Positions 1-13,898 are shown, counted from the first letter of the stretch. The stretch: 64,000 nt of DNA from Octopus sinensis (GCF_006345805.1 NC_043001.1:23002001-23066000), one strand, 5' to 3'. Made by a program: numbers and translations. The notes: generated by a model not told the origin, from the letters alone.

Positions 1-2990
1 ATTCATCCTAAACAGGAACAATATTCAATTAGAACTCTTAAAATGGCCCTCACCATAACGGATAGTCATTTCTTGTGATTTCCTTTAAAATTAATGATTA
101 CTACTAATTAACTCGAAATCTAAGAAAGACTTAACGATTTAGTTGATTGACCCTCTTCTCAAAATTAACCCTATACATAGCTGAAGTGAGACCCACAGCA
201 AAACTCACGATAAGAAATCTGTGGCGAAGTATGTGAAGAGAATATTCCAAAACAATTCATTTCCTGTTGATTGTATAATCGGCTAATTACACATTAAAAG
301 TCACTCAGTCTCTGACACTCTTCATTTTCATTCTATTAATTAAATCTCCATCCATGACTACTCACATGTCTTAAGGGTTTTTTCTTTCTTTTCAATTACT
401 GGATCTTCCAGCTACACCAAATTTTATGCATTCCACATTTTCCACTCACTCCATGTCAACATTGATATATTTCCTGCCATGTAACTATTTCTTCTGTATT
501 TCCAATATCCTCTAGAATATAGTTACATTTAAAGAATACTAATTTAAAAACAAATTACTTTTGAACAACTCCCAAATACTATACCTAACTCTCTTTTCTT
601 ATAACCGGAACCGACTGTCAACCTGATCCCACTAGCGTAATTGTCCTCATATCTAAAATAATGTATCTTGCTGACTCAAAATTCCGTTTTCGAGTTTCAC
701 TGATCGTCAAACTGTATCCTATCAGCATCCTACTTACATTTTGTTACTTCCTCTCAATACTTTAAACTTACAAACATTTTTGCCAATAGTATTCTATCTA
801 TATTCCATTATTGGCTGTGGTATCGAAACACCTACATCGATACATTAAAACAGCTACAACAGGAACATCATGCAGTTGATTGATTGAACCATTGGTATGT
901 CAGACAAATATATGTAGTATTTAGTCACGGTCCTTTAGGTTCTGATTTCAACGCCCGCCGAGGTCAACTTTGCCTTTCGTCCTTCCTGAATTGATTGAAA
1001 TTAAGTACAAGTCAAGTACTGAGATTGAACGCGTCCTAGATGTGAAAGGAATTATAATACAATGTATTTCGTTTGAAGAATGTTGAGTAAATTAGGATCA
1101 TTTTCAACAGCACTCATCATAAATGTCATCGATGTGGATAACAAATGACTATCGACTACAACCTTGCGAGGTCGATAAGATAAAGTCGTTGTCACGTTGG
1201 AGGCTGATTTAACTCTCTCAGACCTGGGCCCCTGTATCTAACTTTACCTTCTACCTGGGCTCCTGAGCAAAAAATAAATAAATAGTTGCATATACAGCTC
1301 AAGGGTGACGATTGCAGGCAAAAAAAATCACCTGTATCTTCTTTTCCTACGTTTGTTGTTCATTACCACTTTACTGGGAATCCAGGAGAGATGACGTTTA
1401 ACCTATTCCCGTTATTGCGGAAATATGGCGTGGCAGGGTTTATATTTTTGTAAAGCACCATAAATGTGAATAGGTTTATAAAAGAAGAAGGGCATTTCTT
1501 TTTATGGATGTCTAATCTTCATCTTCAAATTTAATATTAACTATTTTAATGCCATACATAGTTTCCCAGCCTGACACTCCAAACAGGCCTAAACTGTCTA
1601 TGAGTAAAATACTTTCTCTTCTGATCACTAAAGAACTTCTGACAATAAGCAGAGTACCGAGAGAATAAAAATGTACTCATGACAAAAAATATGATAGAAA
1701 GAATATGAAAAAAAAAGGGCAAAAAAACGCACCTTACAGTAAATTGTTACGCCCAGTAAAAGTATGTTTATTTACATTGATAAAATATACTAGAACAATT
1801 TTGACGTTGGCATCTCTAGAATGTTATAAAGAAAAGAAACGGTGGAAAGAAAAGAAGAAAAAATTGCAAGAAAAATATAACAGAGAAGATAAATAGAGAT
1901 GTATATCAGGATTTTGGAAGTAAATCATTGTAATTAACTAAGGAAACACAGACTGCATATTGAATGTATGTGTTTATAACTATATCTTGTGTATACATTC
2001 TCCAGAAATTTTGCAATAATATATAGACGGAAGAAATATTTTCGTTATTGTCTCGTAAGCGCTTGTGGTATGTGAGGGGGTTAACGAAGCGAATAAAAGC
2101 AAACAAGATAAATTACTCGTTTGAAGTGTCTCAGCCATAGCTGTCAACATGCAAAATTAATGCGAGATTAATCATACGTAAAGCTTAGTAGGAGGATATG
2201 AAGACTTTAAGGGGAGAAAAAGTGGAAGAAAGAAATAACGATTCTATCTCGTCTTGAACTATTTTTGTTACGATTCCTGAAGATAACGTGCCAAAGCTAA
2301 AAATATATCATTCTTACAAGAGTTGTGTTAAGTAACCCAATTCTTGAGCTTAACAAAACTTCACAATTTTTTATCAGACGGCTTGATTCCATTATATTTC
2401 TTTCTGAAATATTATATAAGTCTACGAAAATCAAAATGTCAAAAAAGAAAAAAAAAAAGTTCCTGGTTTGAGGACAAAGCTATAGATTTGGAAGGAGATG
2501 TATGGTTATCGATCCCGAAGGCTGAGCTGACCTCTGTGATATTTGAATTCAGAACTTAAAATAACATAACTAAATATCAGCTTCTGACATCCACCTCCCA
2601 CAGAAACTCCCTTGAAATACGACAAACTATCGACGAGACTTCTACGTGATTGCCAGTCATTCTAGAAATAGCAGCTAAATTTTCCTGAACCTACTGTCTT
2701 TAAAAAGGGAGGATACGTCGTATAAATAATCTGAGATACACTTAGTCAGATAAGTCGAAATGGTCAAAATATAACATCTTGTGATCATAGGTCTACTCGA
2801 TCTGAGTTGACATGGGGGCTACAACTACATTGTAAATATAATCCTGCCTAGAACAATATAAATATAATAAAAGAGTGCATAGTGGCAAAAATTTGGACAC
2901 AAAGATGGAAAAAGATATACTAAATAGAAATATTAAAATTTCTAAGTCTCTCTAAAGGAGAGTACGGCAGCGGTACTGGATATTAATAGT

Positions 2991-3165
2991 TATCGCCAAG
3001 CTAATATGGCAGTCCAGAAATATAGGACAAATGCTGCCGTTGATTAGCTTCAAGAGGTCATCGCCTCTAGCTAGCTATGTGACACAGGAACCTGTGTCCA
3101 TTATAACTTTCGAACAGGGCAGCATTTGTCCTATCTTTCTGGACTGCCATATTAGCTTGGCGATA
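2991..3165. mobile_element. MITE-like element with 48-bp inverted repeats
   Basis: 2991-3038 is the reverse complement of 3118-3165 at 47/48 positions; non-coding spacer of about 80 bp. Confidence 0.6.
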
Positions 3166-6128
3166 TACTAAATGTCATACAAAATAGATTTTTAAGTGAA
3201 ATCATGTTCATATCGTGAAAAAAAATAAACAAACATTTGGCAGTTATTGCACCCGACTCCAAATAATAAGGTGAGATATTCTCAAGGCATCAGCAACCAA
3301 TCTTTGAATTAATATGTCATTAAGGGTAAAAACGATCTTTTGTTTTTGTATGAAAAGGCTAGTGCAGTGTTGTCCTACTTTGACTTCAGCTAGACATAGG
3401 ACTTAAGCATTGTGTGTGTGTATGGGGTACACCTACTTTGGAAATGTGGCGGACTATAGTTCAATGAGTACATAGTACGCGTCTTGGGTAGGGTGGAAAT
3501 ATTTACTAGTCAGTAAACGGCCATAAAGAGGCCATACAGATTCAGTGATGATGAACGGATTCACATAATCAGGGGCAAATAACTTCTTCAATGAGTACTG
3601 GGTATGCATACATATATGTTCAAGATGCACCCAATAACCTGGTGTAACCGCTGTTAATCTTTCCCCGTGGGGACTATGTCCGCAGCGGAAAGTTTTTGTC
3701 ACGTCTGAGTGCACTCAAACGAGTTGAATATGACATTACATAAATATATTTTATTCAACGCTGCTTCGTGCAACATTATTTCATTCTAACATGTCCAAAT
3801 TTAGTGCACATCAGCTAAAGTACCGCATACTGTTGTAGTAAGGATAATTATCTGGATGTGGACGATAGGTCTTTGTGTTCGTAGCTAACGAAGTGAAACG
3901 ACACAGAAACGCGCGCGTCTTACTATCCAATGACGTCATTCACAGCTTGTCGTGTGTTTTTACACATATCTAGGGGGATAATTCTATCCCGGGATTATCT
4001 CTGCAGAGGAAGGTCTTCTCGTCTCCGTGTGAACTCAAACCTGTTGAATATGTCTTTAAGCGAATGTATTATATTCAATGTTGTTAAGGAAAGTAAAATC
4101 TCTCCTTTTTGAGGGAAGATTTACTGAGTTAGCTTTTGGCACTCTTTCGATTAATTTCTCAACAGAAAAACATAAGTATGATCGATTTATTAATTATTGG
4201 ATGTAACTGGTGCATATCGATTCCGAAGCAAAGAGAGACAAATTCGTTTATTAATGTAATTTAAATTACCTCTATAAGACTTATATAATTAAGTCTTATT
4301 CCACAGTTAGACATTTTCACTGATTATATTTCAGAGTTGATCACAATTTAGGCGGCTCAGTGGGGTATTCTTAGGTTTAGCTCACTAAGCTACTATTATA
4401 CTGAAAGCATCTTTTATAAGGCGCCGAGAGTTCTGTTGCCAAACATTCCAACCAGCTTTCCGATCTGAGGCTAACTCTCTCCCTTTCACCACCTATATTG
4501 GAAGCCTTGAGAAAAGAAATAGGCTTCATCCCTTCTCATCTATGCCAGTAATAAATAAATAAATAAATAAAGACTAGTGATACACTTCATGTAATCATTC
4601 GATGCACGTAGCTAAGATTTTAAGCAAGTAAGATCTCGGTTACTAAAATGGGTCCTCCATTATCCGTCTAGTTTGTATGTTTATGTAAATGTATATTATA
4701 TATACATAGGTAGCCCGAACAGAAAGCGTTCGTCCGAAACCGTGGACCCTTCTCCACAAACCGCTGCCAGCGTGTATAAATAGCGACTGTGCGTATGTTG
4801 CGTATATTAGCCCCTAACATAGAAGGTATATTTCAATAAATGTCACTATAAATATTAGACATAAAGTGAATACATTCCAAAATGGCACCCCTTGTTTAAG
4901 TGGCTTTACTTCCTGAGGAAACAAGTCATTTATTAAGAAACAATTTTGTAACGTATGAATAGAATTACTATCTTTGACTATCCGTTTATTTTTATTTTTT
5001 ATTTCTCTTTAGTGAATCCCGAATTCCTATCAGTAATTGGCAATCTAAAGAGAAAATGTTGCTTTATTCACTCAGTGTGAAATATAGAAACTCTGCTGTA
5101 GGAATGAGTGCAGAAGGAGAATAGAAACCTTATCTCTTAATTTATAACTTACGTTTGGCAATATACCATAAGCTTAGCCTTTGATGTAACCATATCAGTA
5201 CAGCTATCAAAAATAGGTGCATGTTGTTGTTGTTTAGCCCCAGGTCAGCTCTGATCGAGCAGACCTATGTCAATGCCGTCTGCTTTTTATGCACAGTGCG
5301 TCTAGGAGTATATTATACAATACATCCTTCGTTTCTAAAACAGCTGGGTGTGATAAGAGGGATATTTGGGTTTATTTCTAGCAGTCTCAGTGGTTGCGTA
5401 GAGTTTTCTCTGTTGATTCGACAGGTGTTTTTTAAAAAATATATTTGAGATGTCAGGCAAGATTTATAATAAAATCCCTTCCTACTCCTCGCCATTCTTT
5501 GGTAGCGACGCACTCACGTATTCTAAGCCCCGTAATCCATTTCCCTTTCCTAGTATAAGAAATTATACTCATTTCAAGACGATTTTCGAAACGACTTTAA
5601 TATTTGGTAACCAAATGGCAAAGCATATCCTTAGCATAACTAAAGTCTGCATCCCAAAACTGGTACTTCTTCTTCAGGACCAAAAATATTTCAACTCATA
5701 ACAGCTGCCGACGTATTACAGGGTTCAATGGAGTGTGGATCTCACATCTAGGACGGTGCTGCTGTTACAAACACACAGACTTCCTGGATTGTAGCTAGAG
5801 ATAGGTCACTCGACTAATTGGTATTCAATCAGTATTGGATACGTCCCAACCTCTGGCCCACGAACATGCTGTCTCTTCTCCCTCCCTCTCTTTTCTCTTG
5901 TTACAATAATGGCCACTGTTTCTCGGGGATGGCTGCTCTCGTACCTCCACAACTCAAGCATCCTCGACCCATTCTTTTCTACCACTTCTTGTGACTCTAG
6001 GTGCATTCAAACCCCTTAGCTCTTCACTAACTACATACCAAGACCGTCTTGCTGAGAAAATAGGTCCTCTGGAATCTTTTCCTCAGAGCATGTCATTTCT
6101 GCAGATGTTCACATGCAACAGTTTAAAC

Positions 6129-6278
6129 CAGGCATGGGTAATCTTTTTCGATAAGCAGGCTGCATGAGACATGGCTCATCATCAGGCAAGCAGCACAACC
6201 AAAAAAGAAAATTCAAGGTAATTTTCCCTTACGCGTGACATTCAGAAAGTTCTGCGAACCGCAGTTTGCCCATGATAG
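6129..6278. mobile_element. hAT-type MITE (150 bp)
   Basis: Degenerate TIRs CAGGCATGGGTAAT / GTTTGCCCATGATAG; 8-bp flanking duplication GTTTAAAC (6121-6128) / ATTTAAAC (6279-6286). An 8-bp TSD is typical of hAT. Confidence 0.6.
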
Positions 6279-9200
6279 ATTTAAACAGAGCATTAATGAC
6301 ATGAAACTAACTACCCTCAAACCAGCTGCAATCATCATAGTCAGTGACCCCTCCGCCAGACTCAGTAATTAAGTAAAAAAGAAAAAGATTAGTCGAGCAC
6401 TTTTTAAAGAACAAAATCTTGATTAAAACGAAATAGTTAAAAAAAAAAGAAAAAATCTTAAGTTGAAAATGAAATAAAATAGTACTCAATTATATTTTAG
6501 TCTGTAATCTTGTGTTAAGAAATCTAATGTGGAAAGCAGAGAAAACAGAGAAAAGTAAAGCCTAAGTTTAAAACAATTTTTTCTAAATTCCTTTTTGTTG
6601 TTGAGTGGATAGAAATTCATCCAAACCTTCCGCACAGAAGCTTCCACGGACTATATCCAGTTACCTACATTGTATTCTCTTCCTGACAAATATACGTTTT
6701 GTCTGACTCAACATAGTTATAAATAGAGATAGCGGAAGGTAATGTTCATCGTTATAGAGATACTAATGACGTGTTTTGCGTTTACTTGCGCTTCAGAGCT
6801 CAAAACCTCCCACAAATATAGCATGGCGATATTTATAGAATGTAATCAAATTGAAAACAAGGGGAGAAATTAATGTAATCCATTTGGTATGAATATTGCT
6901 TGACAACTGATTGAAGACTATTCAAGCAATCACAACTAGTAACACACACACACACAGTAAATTGATTTGCGTAAAATGGTCAACAAGAAGAGCACTCCAT
7001 CTAATGAGAGTCCAATATTAATGGATGTGCTTCACTCCACATGCATTACACGCGCTACTTATAGTTTCACGCTGATGAACACACTTGTCATGTACGTGAA
7101 ACTATTGGTAGCGCAGGTAATATATGTGGAGTAAAACGCATACATTAATATATATATGTGTGTGTGTGTGTGTACGTATATATACATACATACATATTTT
7201 TATCAACTGCACACCAAACACTAACCTTTTTTTTTATAAACATTGAAGTCTTATTTCATGAAGACTGAGACTGCCGTTTTCTCTTCTCCATTTCTTATTA
7301 CAATTGCCACATTAAACAAAATCTGATCACTTAACAACGTTAGATAATATGATAACCAATGCGTGGAAACTAAGCAACAATTTTTAAATCTCTCTTAGAA
7401 CGCAGAAATTCACTGTATTCTAATGTATTAAGCATATGAATGCATTGCTGAATATATCGATGAAAATCACAAAATTGCGAAGCTAAAATCCAGTATATTG
7501 CTCCAGAGCAAAGGAGTTTACATATACTGTAGTTAATAATTCGTATGAGTCATGGTAGCTTCTATTTTCGTTGAAGCCTTTTTAAGAAGACTGCAACAGT
7601 ATCGACTTCAAAGCTAGATTTCTATGAAGTTACGATTCGGTTTTCACGCAAAGAATACTACAACTCACAAGTGTTCATCGACACGGCAAAAACTAAAGAT
7701 CAGAGTCACGATACTGCGATTGTTAATTCCATGATTTCTTTATGCTAAACTTTTAGCATGAGAATTCCTATTCATATATATTCAATTCATCCTTTATAAC
7801 GTACCCAGCATTTTTCAAAGGCATAAATCTCGAAAATTACATGAAGATGAAACGGAAACAGCCAAGCAATTAAGCTAAATTAGGTTGCAGCGTTTGTATG
7901 GATCATCCTCGGATGTTTTGTTACTGGATGTGTGCATAGTACCAAACTGGATTATGGGATTTATTTTTGATACACTAAGCCTCTGATCCATGTACAACTT
8001 ATGCTGTGAATTTTAGGTTTTTCAGTAACGGGAGCCGTATTCAGCTCATCCCAGTGAGCTCAAGATAGTTGATCAAGAATAGATAAGACATAAAAATTGC
8101 ATCTATAACAACTCTTTTATATGTGTAAGATTTCATAAGGGATAAATTGGGAATCCTCAAAAGAAACATCGAAAAGATTTAATGAGAGGGCCAACATCTA
8201 ACTCGGGAATGGATGGACTTATGTGGTACATAGAGGGAACATGTATACCACTACAGAATGAAATTTCTATGACTGGTATAGAACTAACTACAGTGGGAAA
8301 ACAAAACAGCTTTAGATAAAGTATTTGATAACAAACCAGTCAGTGAAATAAGCGCTGATCTCAGTTGAATATGGCTTCCACTACTGAAAGGTAAATATAA
8401 AAATAAACCTCAAATTGCAACGGTGATTCATGTACACACGAATCAATGGCTTAATGAATACCATCCCTGCTACTTCAGAAATAAAGATTCCTAATTCAAC
8501 AACAGCCTGATACTATGTAGCACCGCAAAAATGAAAACACGTAAAGGATATTGGAAATCGGAGATTAGAATTTATTGTCGATAACCGCCCTCTTATTTTG
8601 ATTATTGTCTATTTATTTTTGACGAAGTGCAAGGCTCCCTATTGTTAGGGGTGGAAAAGGGAAAGATCATATCTTTCCTAAAGATATTAGCAGCGTGAAT
8701 GAAATATAATGGCATCAACAGAAAATTGAAACTGCCTCGTAGTTTATGCAAGCGATGAACTTACCTATTAGTCTGTACCTCTTGCCAACGCATCCCAATA
8801 TTTATCGTCAAATTATGGTGAGGAAGTGTTTTCTTAAGTTTAGCTCAACTAGTTATCAAAACAACTATTTAGCTTCATATTACACGGATTGTTTGAGATG
8901 CGAGAAAAAAATGTCTTCATAACTTCTCTTAATTATTTTTGTATTCTCCACACATGCTTTATATATATATACATATATATATAACACTGTTTCCTTTTGT
9001 TTCGTGTTGTGCATCTTCTCAATATATGGTTTACCAGAATGTTATTACTTTGCAAAATTTAGTAAAAAGGTAAATAATAATTTTTCAAGCTTGGAAGTCT
9101 TGTAGCTCTGAAACATCAGTTTGTGTCAGGTAAAAACAAAAAATGAACGAATCAATTATACCTCAATATTTATCTTGGAATAATAAGTCTAGATAATAAT

Positions 9201-9670
9201 AAAATAAAAAGTAGTAGTGCATAAACTCTAGCTATTCACATCTGCTTCGTTTAACCAATGTGGTTAAAAATATTTTTGAAACATCGAGTGAAAGCATTTC
9301 TCCGTCCATTTTTTTTAGAAGTCAATGACGTAAACAACACCATGTTCTTCCTTTTTACCTTAATTTTCCAAATCTATCTTTCCGCTTCACAAATATAACT
9401 AATAACCAAATTGAAAATCTGGTTAATTTTCTCTATATTTTATAGCGTTGCTCTTTCTTCATTCTAACAATAAAAAGTAAAGCAGAAGTAAAAGAATGCT
9501 GCAAATGTATTTTGAATGAGTGTCAGAGAGAAAAATAAGATAAGATGGTTCAAATTGCCTGAAGACATCAACACGATTTGATAAATGTTTTGCTTCGATG
9601 TCATAAGTTTACATCTGAATTATAGGAAAGTTCGAATTACTAAATTCATTAGTGCGTTAGTCCGTTAGTG

Positions 9671-9857
9671 GGTTCAGTCCACTGCGTGGCACCTTGGGCA
9701 AGTGTCTTCTACTATAGTCTCGGGCCGACCAAAGCCTTGTGAGTGGATTTGGTAGACGAAACTGAAAAAAGCTCGTCGTATGTATGTATGTAATTATGTT
9801 TGTATGTATGTATGTATTATGTTTGTATGTATGTATGTAATTATGTTTGTATGTATG

Positions 9858-9893
<36 letters not shown>

Positions 9894-10145
9894 TGTGTGT
9901 GTGTGCGTGTGTGTGTGTATGTGTGTATGTTTGTATGTCTGTGTCTGTCTCCCCCACCATCACTTGACAACCGATGCTGGTGTGTTTACGTCCCCCGTAA
10001 CTTAGCGGTTCGGCAAAAGATACCGATAGAATAAGTACTAGGCTTACAATAAGTACTGGGGTCGATTTGCTCGACTAAAGGCGGTGCTCCAGCATGGCCA
10101 CAGTCAAATGATTGAAACAAGTGAAAGAGTAAAAGAATAAAAGAA
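9671..10145 (+). mobile_element. tRNA-derived SINE family A, 5'-truncated
   Basis: Shares the body CACCTTGGGCAAGTGTCTTCTACTATAG...GGTGCTCCAGCATGGCC and the AAAAGAG tail with copies at 11176, 12752, 15061, 40225, 51811 and about 59600; internal TA/TG microsatellite. Confidence 0.85.
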
Positions 10146-10380
10146 TAGTGCGTCGAACAAAATTCCACGTGTTATTTAGTTACGGACCTTTACGTTCCGA
10201 ATCCAAATCCTGCCGTGATTCAACTTTGCATTTCATCCTTCTATCGTTGATAAAATAAAATAACAGTCTAGTACACGAATCACGTTATGTTCTTACAACG
10301 CAGCCTACATATGAACAGGAATATAACAGAAGAGCTTATTCCCTCTGAAGAATTGTCGTCGTTGTCGTTGTCGTCGTCGT

Positions 10381-10470
10381 CACCGCCGCCGTCGTCACCG
10401 CCGCCGTCGTCACCGCCGCCGTCGTCACCGCCGCCGTCGTCACCGCCGCCGTCGTCACCGCCGCCGTCGT
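10381..10470. repeat. CpG-rich 15-bp minisatellite (CACCGCCGCCGTCGT)x6
   Basis: Six perfect copies flanked by (GTC)n tracts. Confidence 0.95.
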
Positions 10471-10584
10471 CGTCGTCGTCGTCATGTTTCGCATTTTTTT
10501 TTGCAGGGCGGCGATGACTACAATGAAAGTTTTCCCGATTAGGGACGAGTTCTCCCAAGCCTTATTTCTATGCAGAAACTGTAT

Positions 10585-10910
10585 TTAATTTATCGACCCC
10601 GAAAGGATGAAAGACAAAGTCGACCTCGGCGAATTTGAACTCAGAACGTAACGGCAGACGAAATACCTATTTCTTTATTACCCACAAGGGGCTAAAGACA
10701 GAGGGGACAAAAAAGGACAGACAAAGGGATTAAGTCGATTATATCGACCTCAGTGCGTAACCGGTACTTATTTAATCGAACCCGAAAGGATGAAAGGCAA
10801 AGTCGACCTCGGCGGAATTTGAACTCAGAACGTAACGGCAGACGAAATACCGCTAAGCATTTCACCCGGCGTGCTAACGTTTCTGCCAGCTCACCGCCTT
10901 CCATCATCTG
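10585..10910 (-). mobile_element. SINE family B (MetaSINE-like core), two tandem partial copies
   Basis: The block CCCGAAAGGATGAAAG[G/A]CAAAGTCGACCTCGGC(G)GAATTTGAACTCAGAACGTAACGGCAGACGAAATAC occurs twice. Other copies near 12590-12715, 13900-14105, 14865-15055, 48527-48775, 53812-54025, 56370-56592 and 62443-62655. The Meta-domain assignment is from recall. Confidence 0.8.
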
Positions 10911-11175
10911 AGCCCTGAATGTTTAAGGTTTAGCAAAACACTTCGCGGAAGTATTCAACGCTAACGAGTCAATGAGGAAGCCCATGTGGGATGGCTCTGT
11001 TAGAAACAGCAACCAAATCTCCCTCAACTCACATCCTACTGTCTTTAGAAAAGAAGGATGTATTGGATAATTGTTTGATGGATTTCCATCGTTCGGCGAT
11101 AAGGATTCAGGTGTTCGATTATCTGAATTAAGTCTTCATTGAATTAACGTATCGGTGGCTGAATATTCCACAGAC

Positions 11176-11525
11176 AGGCGCAGGAGTGGCTGTAGGCGCA
11201 GGAGTGGTTGTGTGGCAAGTAGCTTGCTTAACAACCACATGGTTCCGGGTTCGGTCCCACTACGTGGCACCTTGAGCAAGTGTCTTCTACTATAGCCTCG
11301 GGCTTGTGAGTGGATTTGGTAGACGGAAACTGAAAGAAGCCCGTCGATGCTGGTGTGTTTACATCCCCGTAACTTAGCGGTTCGGCAAAAGAGAACGATA
11401 GAATAAGTACTAGGCTTACAAAGAATAAGTGCTAGGGTCGATTTGCTCGACTAAAGGTGGTGCTCCAGCATGGCCGCAGTCAAATGACTGAAACAAGTAA
11501 AAGAATAAAAGAGAGTAAAAGAGAG
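11176..11525 (+). mobile_element. SINE family A with duplicated head and internal deletion
   Basis: GGCGCAGGAGTGG occurs twice at the 5' end; GCCCGTCG is joined directly to ATGCTGGTG, so the microsatellite linker is missing. Confidence 0.85.
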
Positions 11526-12751
11526 ACATGTGTAACATAATTCTCAAGGAGAATCAGCATGATGCAGTGTAAGTAAGGTGTTGAGAAGGTTGTATCTTTC
11601 AATTATAAATATAAGCCATCTGATAGGCTTTTGAACAGTTTTTGTCTCCCCAATTTCACCCACGAAGTGTGAGACTATCTGAGGCTAAAGAAAATTGTCC
11701 AAGGTGTCACATAGTGGGATCGAAACTGGGATCTCATGGTTGTGAAGAGAATTTCTTAACCATTCGGCAATACTGCGCGTATGCTGGCTAATACGTATCC
11801 CCCAAAAGATAAGATGGTCTTTAATTCGTTTTTAACGTTGTAACTGGAAGTAGATAAAGCTACAAATAATATCTTGTAGAATATTTGGTTAAAAAAAAAA
11901 CCCCTGGATGGAAAAAAAAATTGAAGGCTTCCAAAGGAACACGAACTCACATCTTCTGTAAACATGAAAGACTTTGATCACAGATCTGCTTTAACAGGTC
12001 TGGCTTAGGGTTAAAAAGCAATATTAATGAATTAATTGTTAATAGAAAACTGATGCAAATTTTTCAGTAAAGTATTTTCTTATATGCTACATGAACGATA
12101 ACGTTAATTTATGCTTATATATCTAAATAGTCCTTGACTAATTCTCGGTAGATATTAAAGTTTATCTAAATAAACAGCGCTAAGTTAGTAAAACCAGAAT
12201 CATGTTTTCTTTTCTGTTTTTACAAATGTGGTACAATACCGATGTAGATTAGTCTTGTATAAAGAAGCTGATAAGCTTCTGCATGCATATCTTATCTTCT
12301 CTGTGGGCTGCCTCACAGAAATAGGCAATGTGCACGAGAATTTGCAGAGAAATTTCCTACTAAGATTATGCGTTGTCGATAACCTTCAAAACCCAAAACG
12401 TGTTGAAAATGAATCACCGGAACCAACTTCTATGAGTAGTATTTTACAAACTCGAATGACTGCTAAAGTCACACGATCATGAATGAAGTTAACTATTTAT
12501 TCGTGTGGGAGCCGGTAATGTCCAGAAATCACTATTAACTAATTCTTTCTGCTAAAAGCACAATGCTTGAAATTATGGGGGAGAGGGTAATTTGATTACA
12601 CCGACCCCCCACCCCCGTACTCAACTTGTACTTATTTTATCAACTCTGAAAGGATGAAAGGCAAAGTCGACCTCAGCGGAATTTGAACTCAGAACGTAAT
12701 GACGGACAAAACGCCAGCTCGATTTGAATTGGTCTAAAGTTTATCATATAT

Positions 12752-13092
12752 TTTACTTGTTTTAATCATTGGATGACGGCCATGCTGGGGCATCATTTAG
12801 ATGGGTTTAGTCAACAAATCGTTCTAGAACTTTTTTTAAAGTCTGGTACTTATTTTATGGGGACGTAAACAAACCATTACCGGTTGTAAAGCGGTGATGA
12901 CGGACAAACACGCGCGCGCACACACACAGTCACACATACAACGGGCTTCTTTCAGTTTCCATCTGCAAGATCCACTCAGAAGGCTTTGGTCGGCTCGGGT
13001 CTATAGTAGGAGACACCCAAGGTGCCAAGCAACGGGACTGAACCAGGAACCATGTGGTTGGGAGGCTAGCTTCTTATCAAACAGCCACGCCC
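12752..13092 (-). mobile_element. SINE family A
   Basis: Reverse complement of the family A head and body. Confidence 0.75.
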
Positions 13093-13099
13093 GTTTATA

Positions 13100-13412
13100 G
13101 TCTGTTACTTCGCTGGCCTATCCACACAGACGACTGTGGTGACACCTTCCACTATCAAGCACTTTTCTAAGTATTCTAGCATTTCCAAGAAGTGTTGTTT
13201 TCTTTAAGTTCCTCACCACGATGTTGTCGCTGAGTTTTTTAAAATAATTTTCAATTTACACAGTACCAAGTGCCCCCACAGCAACTGGGACCACTTCAAC
13301 CATTTCCATTGCACACGAATGTTTTACCTCCCATGCTAGTCGTTCATATCTCTCAATCTTCAGTAATTCTTCGTCACAAACGTTGTCGTCATCTGGCAAA
13401 GTCACATCTAGA
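13100..13412 (-). mobile_element. R4/Dong-type (RLE) non-LTR retrotransposon, 3' fragment
   Basis: Minus-strand translation ILDVTLPDD...KIERYERLAWEV...VVPVAVGALG...TLLGNARILRKVL matches the RLE C-terminus seen in other copies here. Confidence 0.8.
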
Positions 13413-13420
13413 ATTAAACG

Positions 13421-13867
13421 GCGAAGGAGGTTGTGTGGTGGAAGAGGTTGAAAGGATTGAAGACAGATACTTTCGTCTATGGCCCAGCCGTCATCGACTT
13501 TTCAAGTAAGGAAAGTGAGGGTGGAGAGGGAAGTACTAGCCCCCAGTGTTTTTGTTGAAAGGTGGGTGAACATAGCGAGGATGGCATGTGTGAGTAGGCC
13601 TACTGTGAGCATTCGCTTATAAACCGGTGAAGTTGAGAAGGAGAGAGGCACCTGCTGAGGTGCACCTGGTGGTTGGGGTAACCAGGATGTGTGGGGTCCC
13701 GTGGTCTTCCCTTTGAGGAATTCCTCACTTTGAGGGAATTTTTATTGTTTAATTTTATTGTTATTATTGTTATTTATTCTATACACGACAATGAACCAAA
13801 CTTCACTTGTCCCTTGCGTTGTATTGTCCTTTTTGTTTTGTTTTCGGCCATTGTGGCCATTAAAAAA
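13421..13867 (+). mobile_element. L1/Tx1-like LINE 3' end
   Basis: AKEVVWWKRLKGLKTDTFVYGPAVIDF, a frameshift, then RKVRVEREVLAPSVFVERWVNIARMACVSRPTVSIRL* (stop 13620-13622), a 3' UTR and a short A tail. Clade assignment is from recall. Confidence 0.55.

Positions 13868-13898
<31 letters not shown>

Noticed and set aside
7072-7115. CTGATGA...GAAAC...GTA as a hammerhead
   Set aside because: Stem I and stem II do not form; GAAAC is simply part of the larger hairpin arm.
2330-8830. Chain of minus-strand AG/GTAAG pairs near 8765-8830, 5152-5202 and 2330-2415 as exons of another gene
   Set aside because: Joining them gives about 40 aa before a stop and no recognisable motif; such site pairs are common by chance in AT-rich DNA.
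13460-13510. Minus-strand TCGATGA...GAAA hammerhead-like string
   Set aside because: The core has two mismatches, and the region reads as L1/Tx1-like coding sequence on the plus strand.
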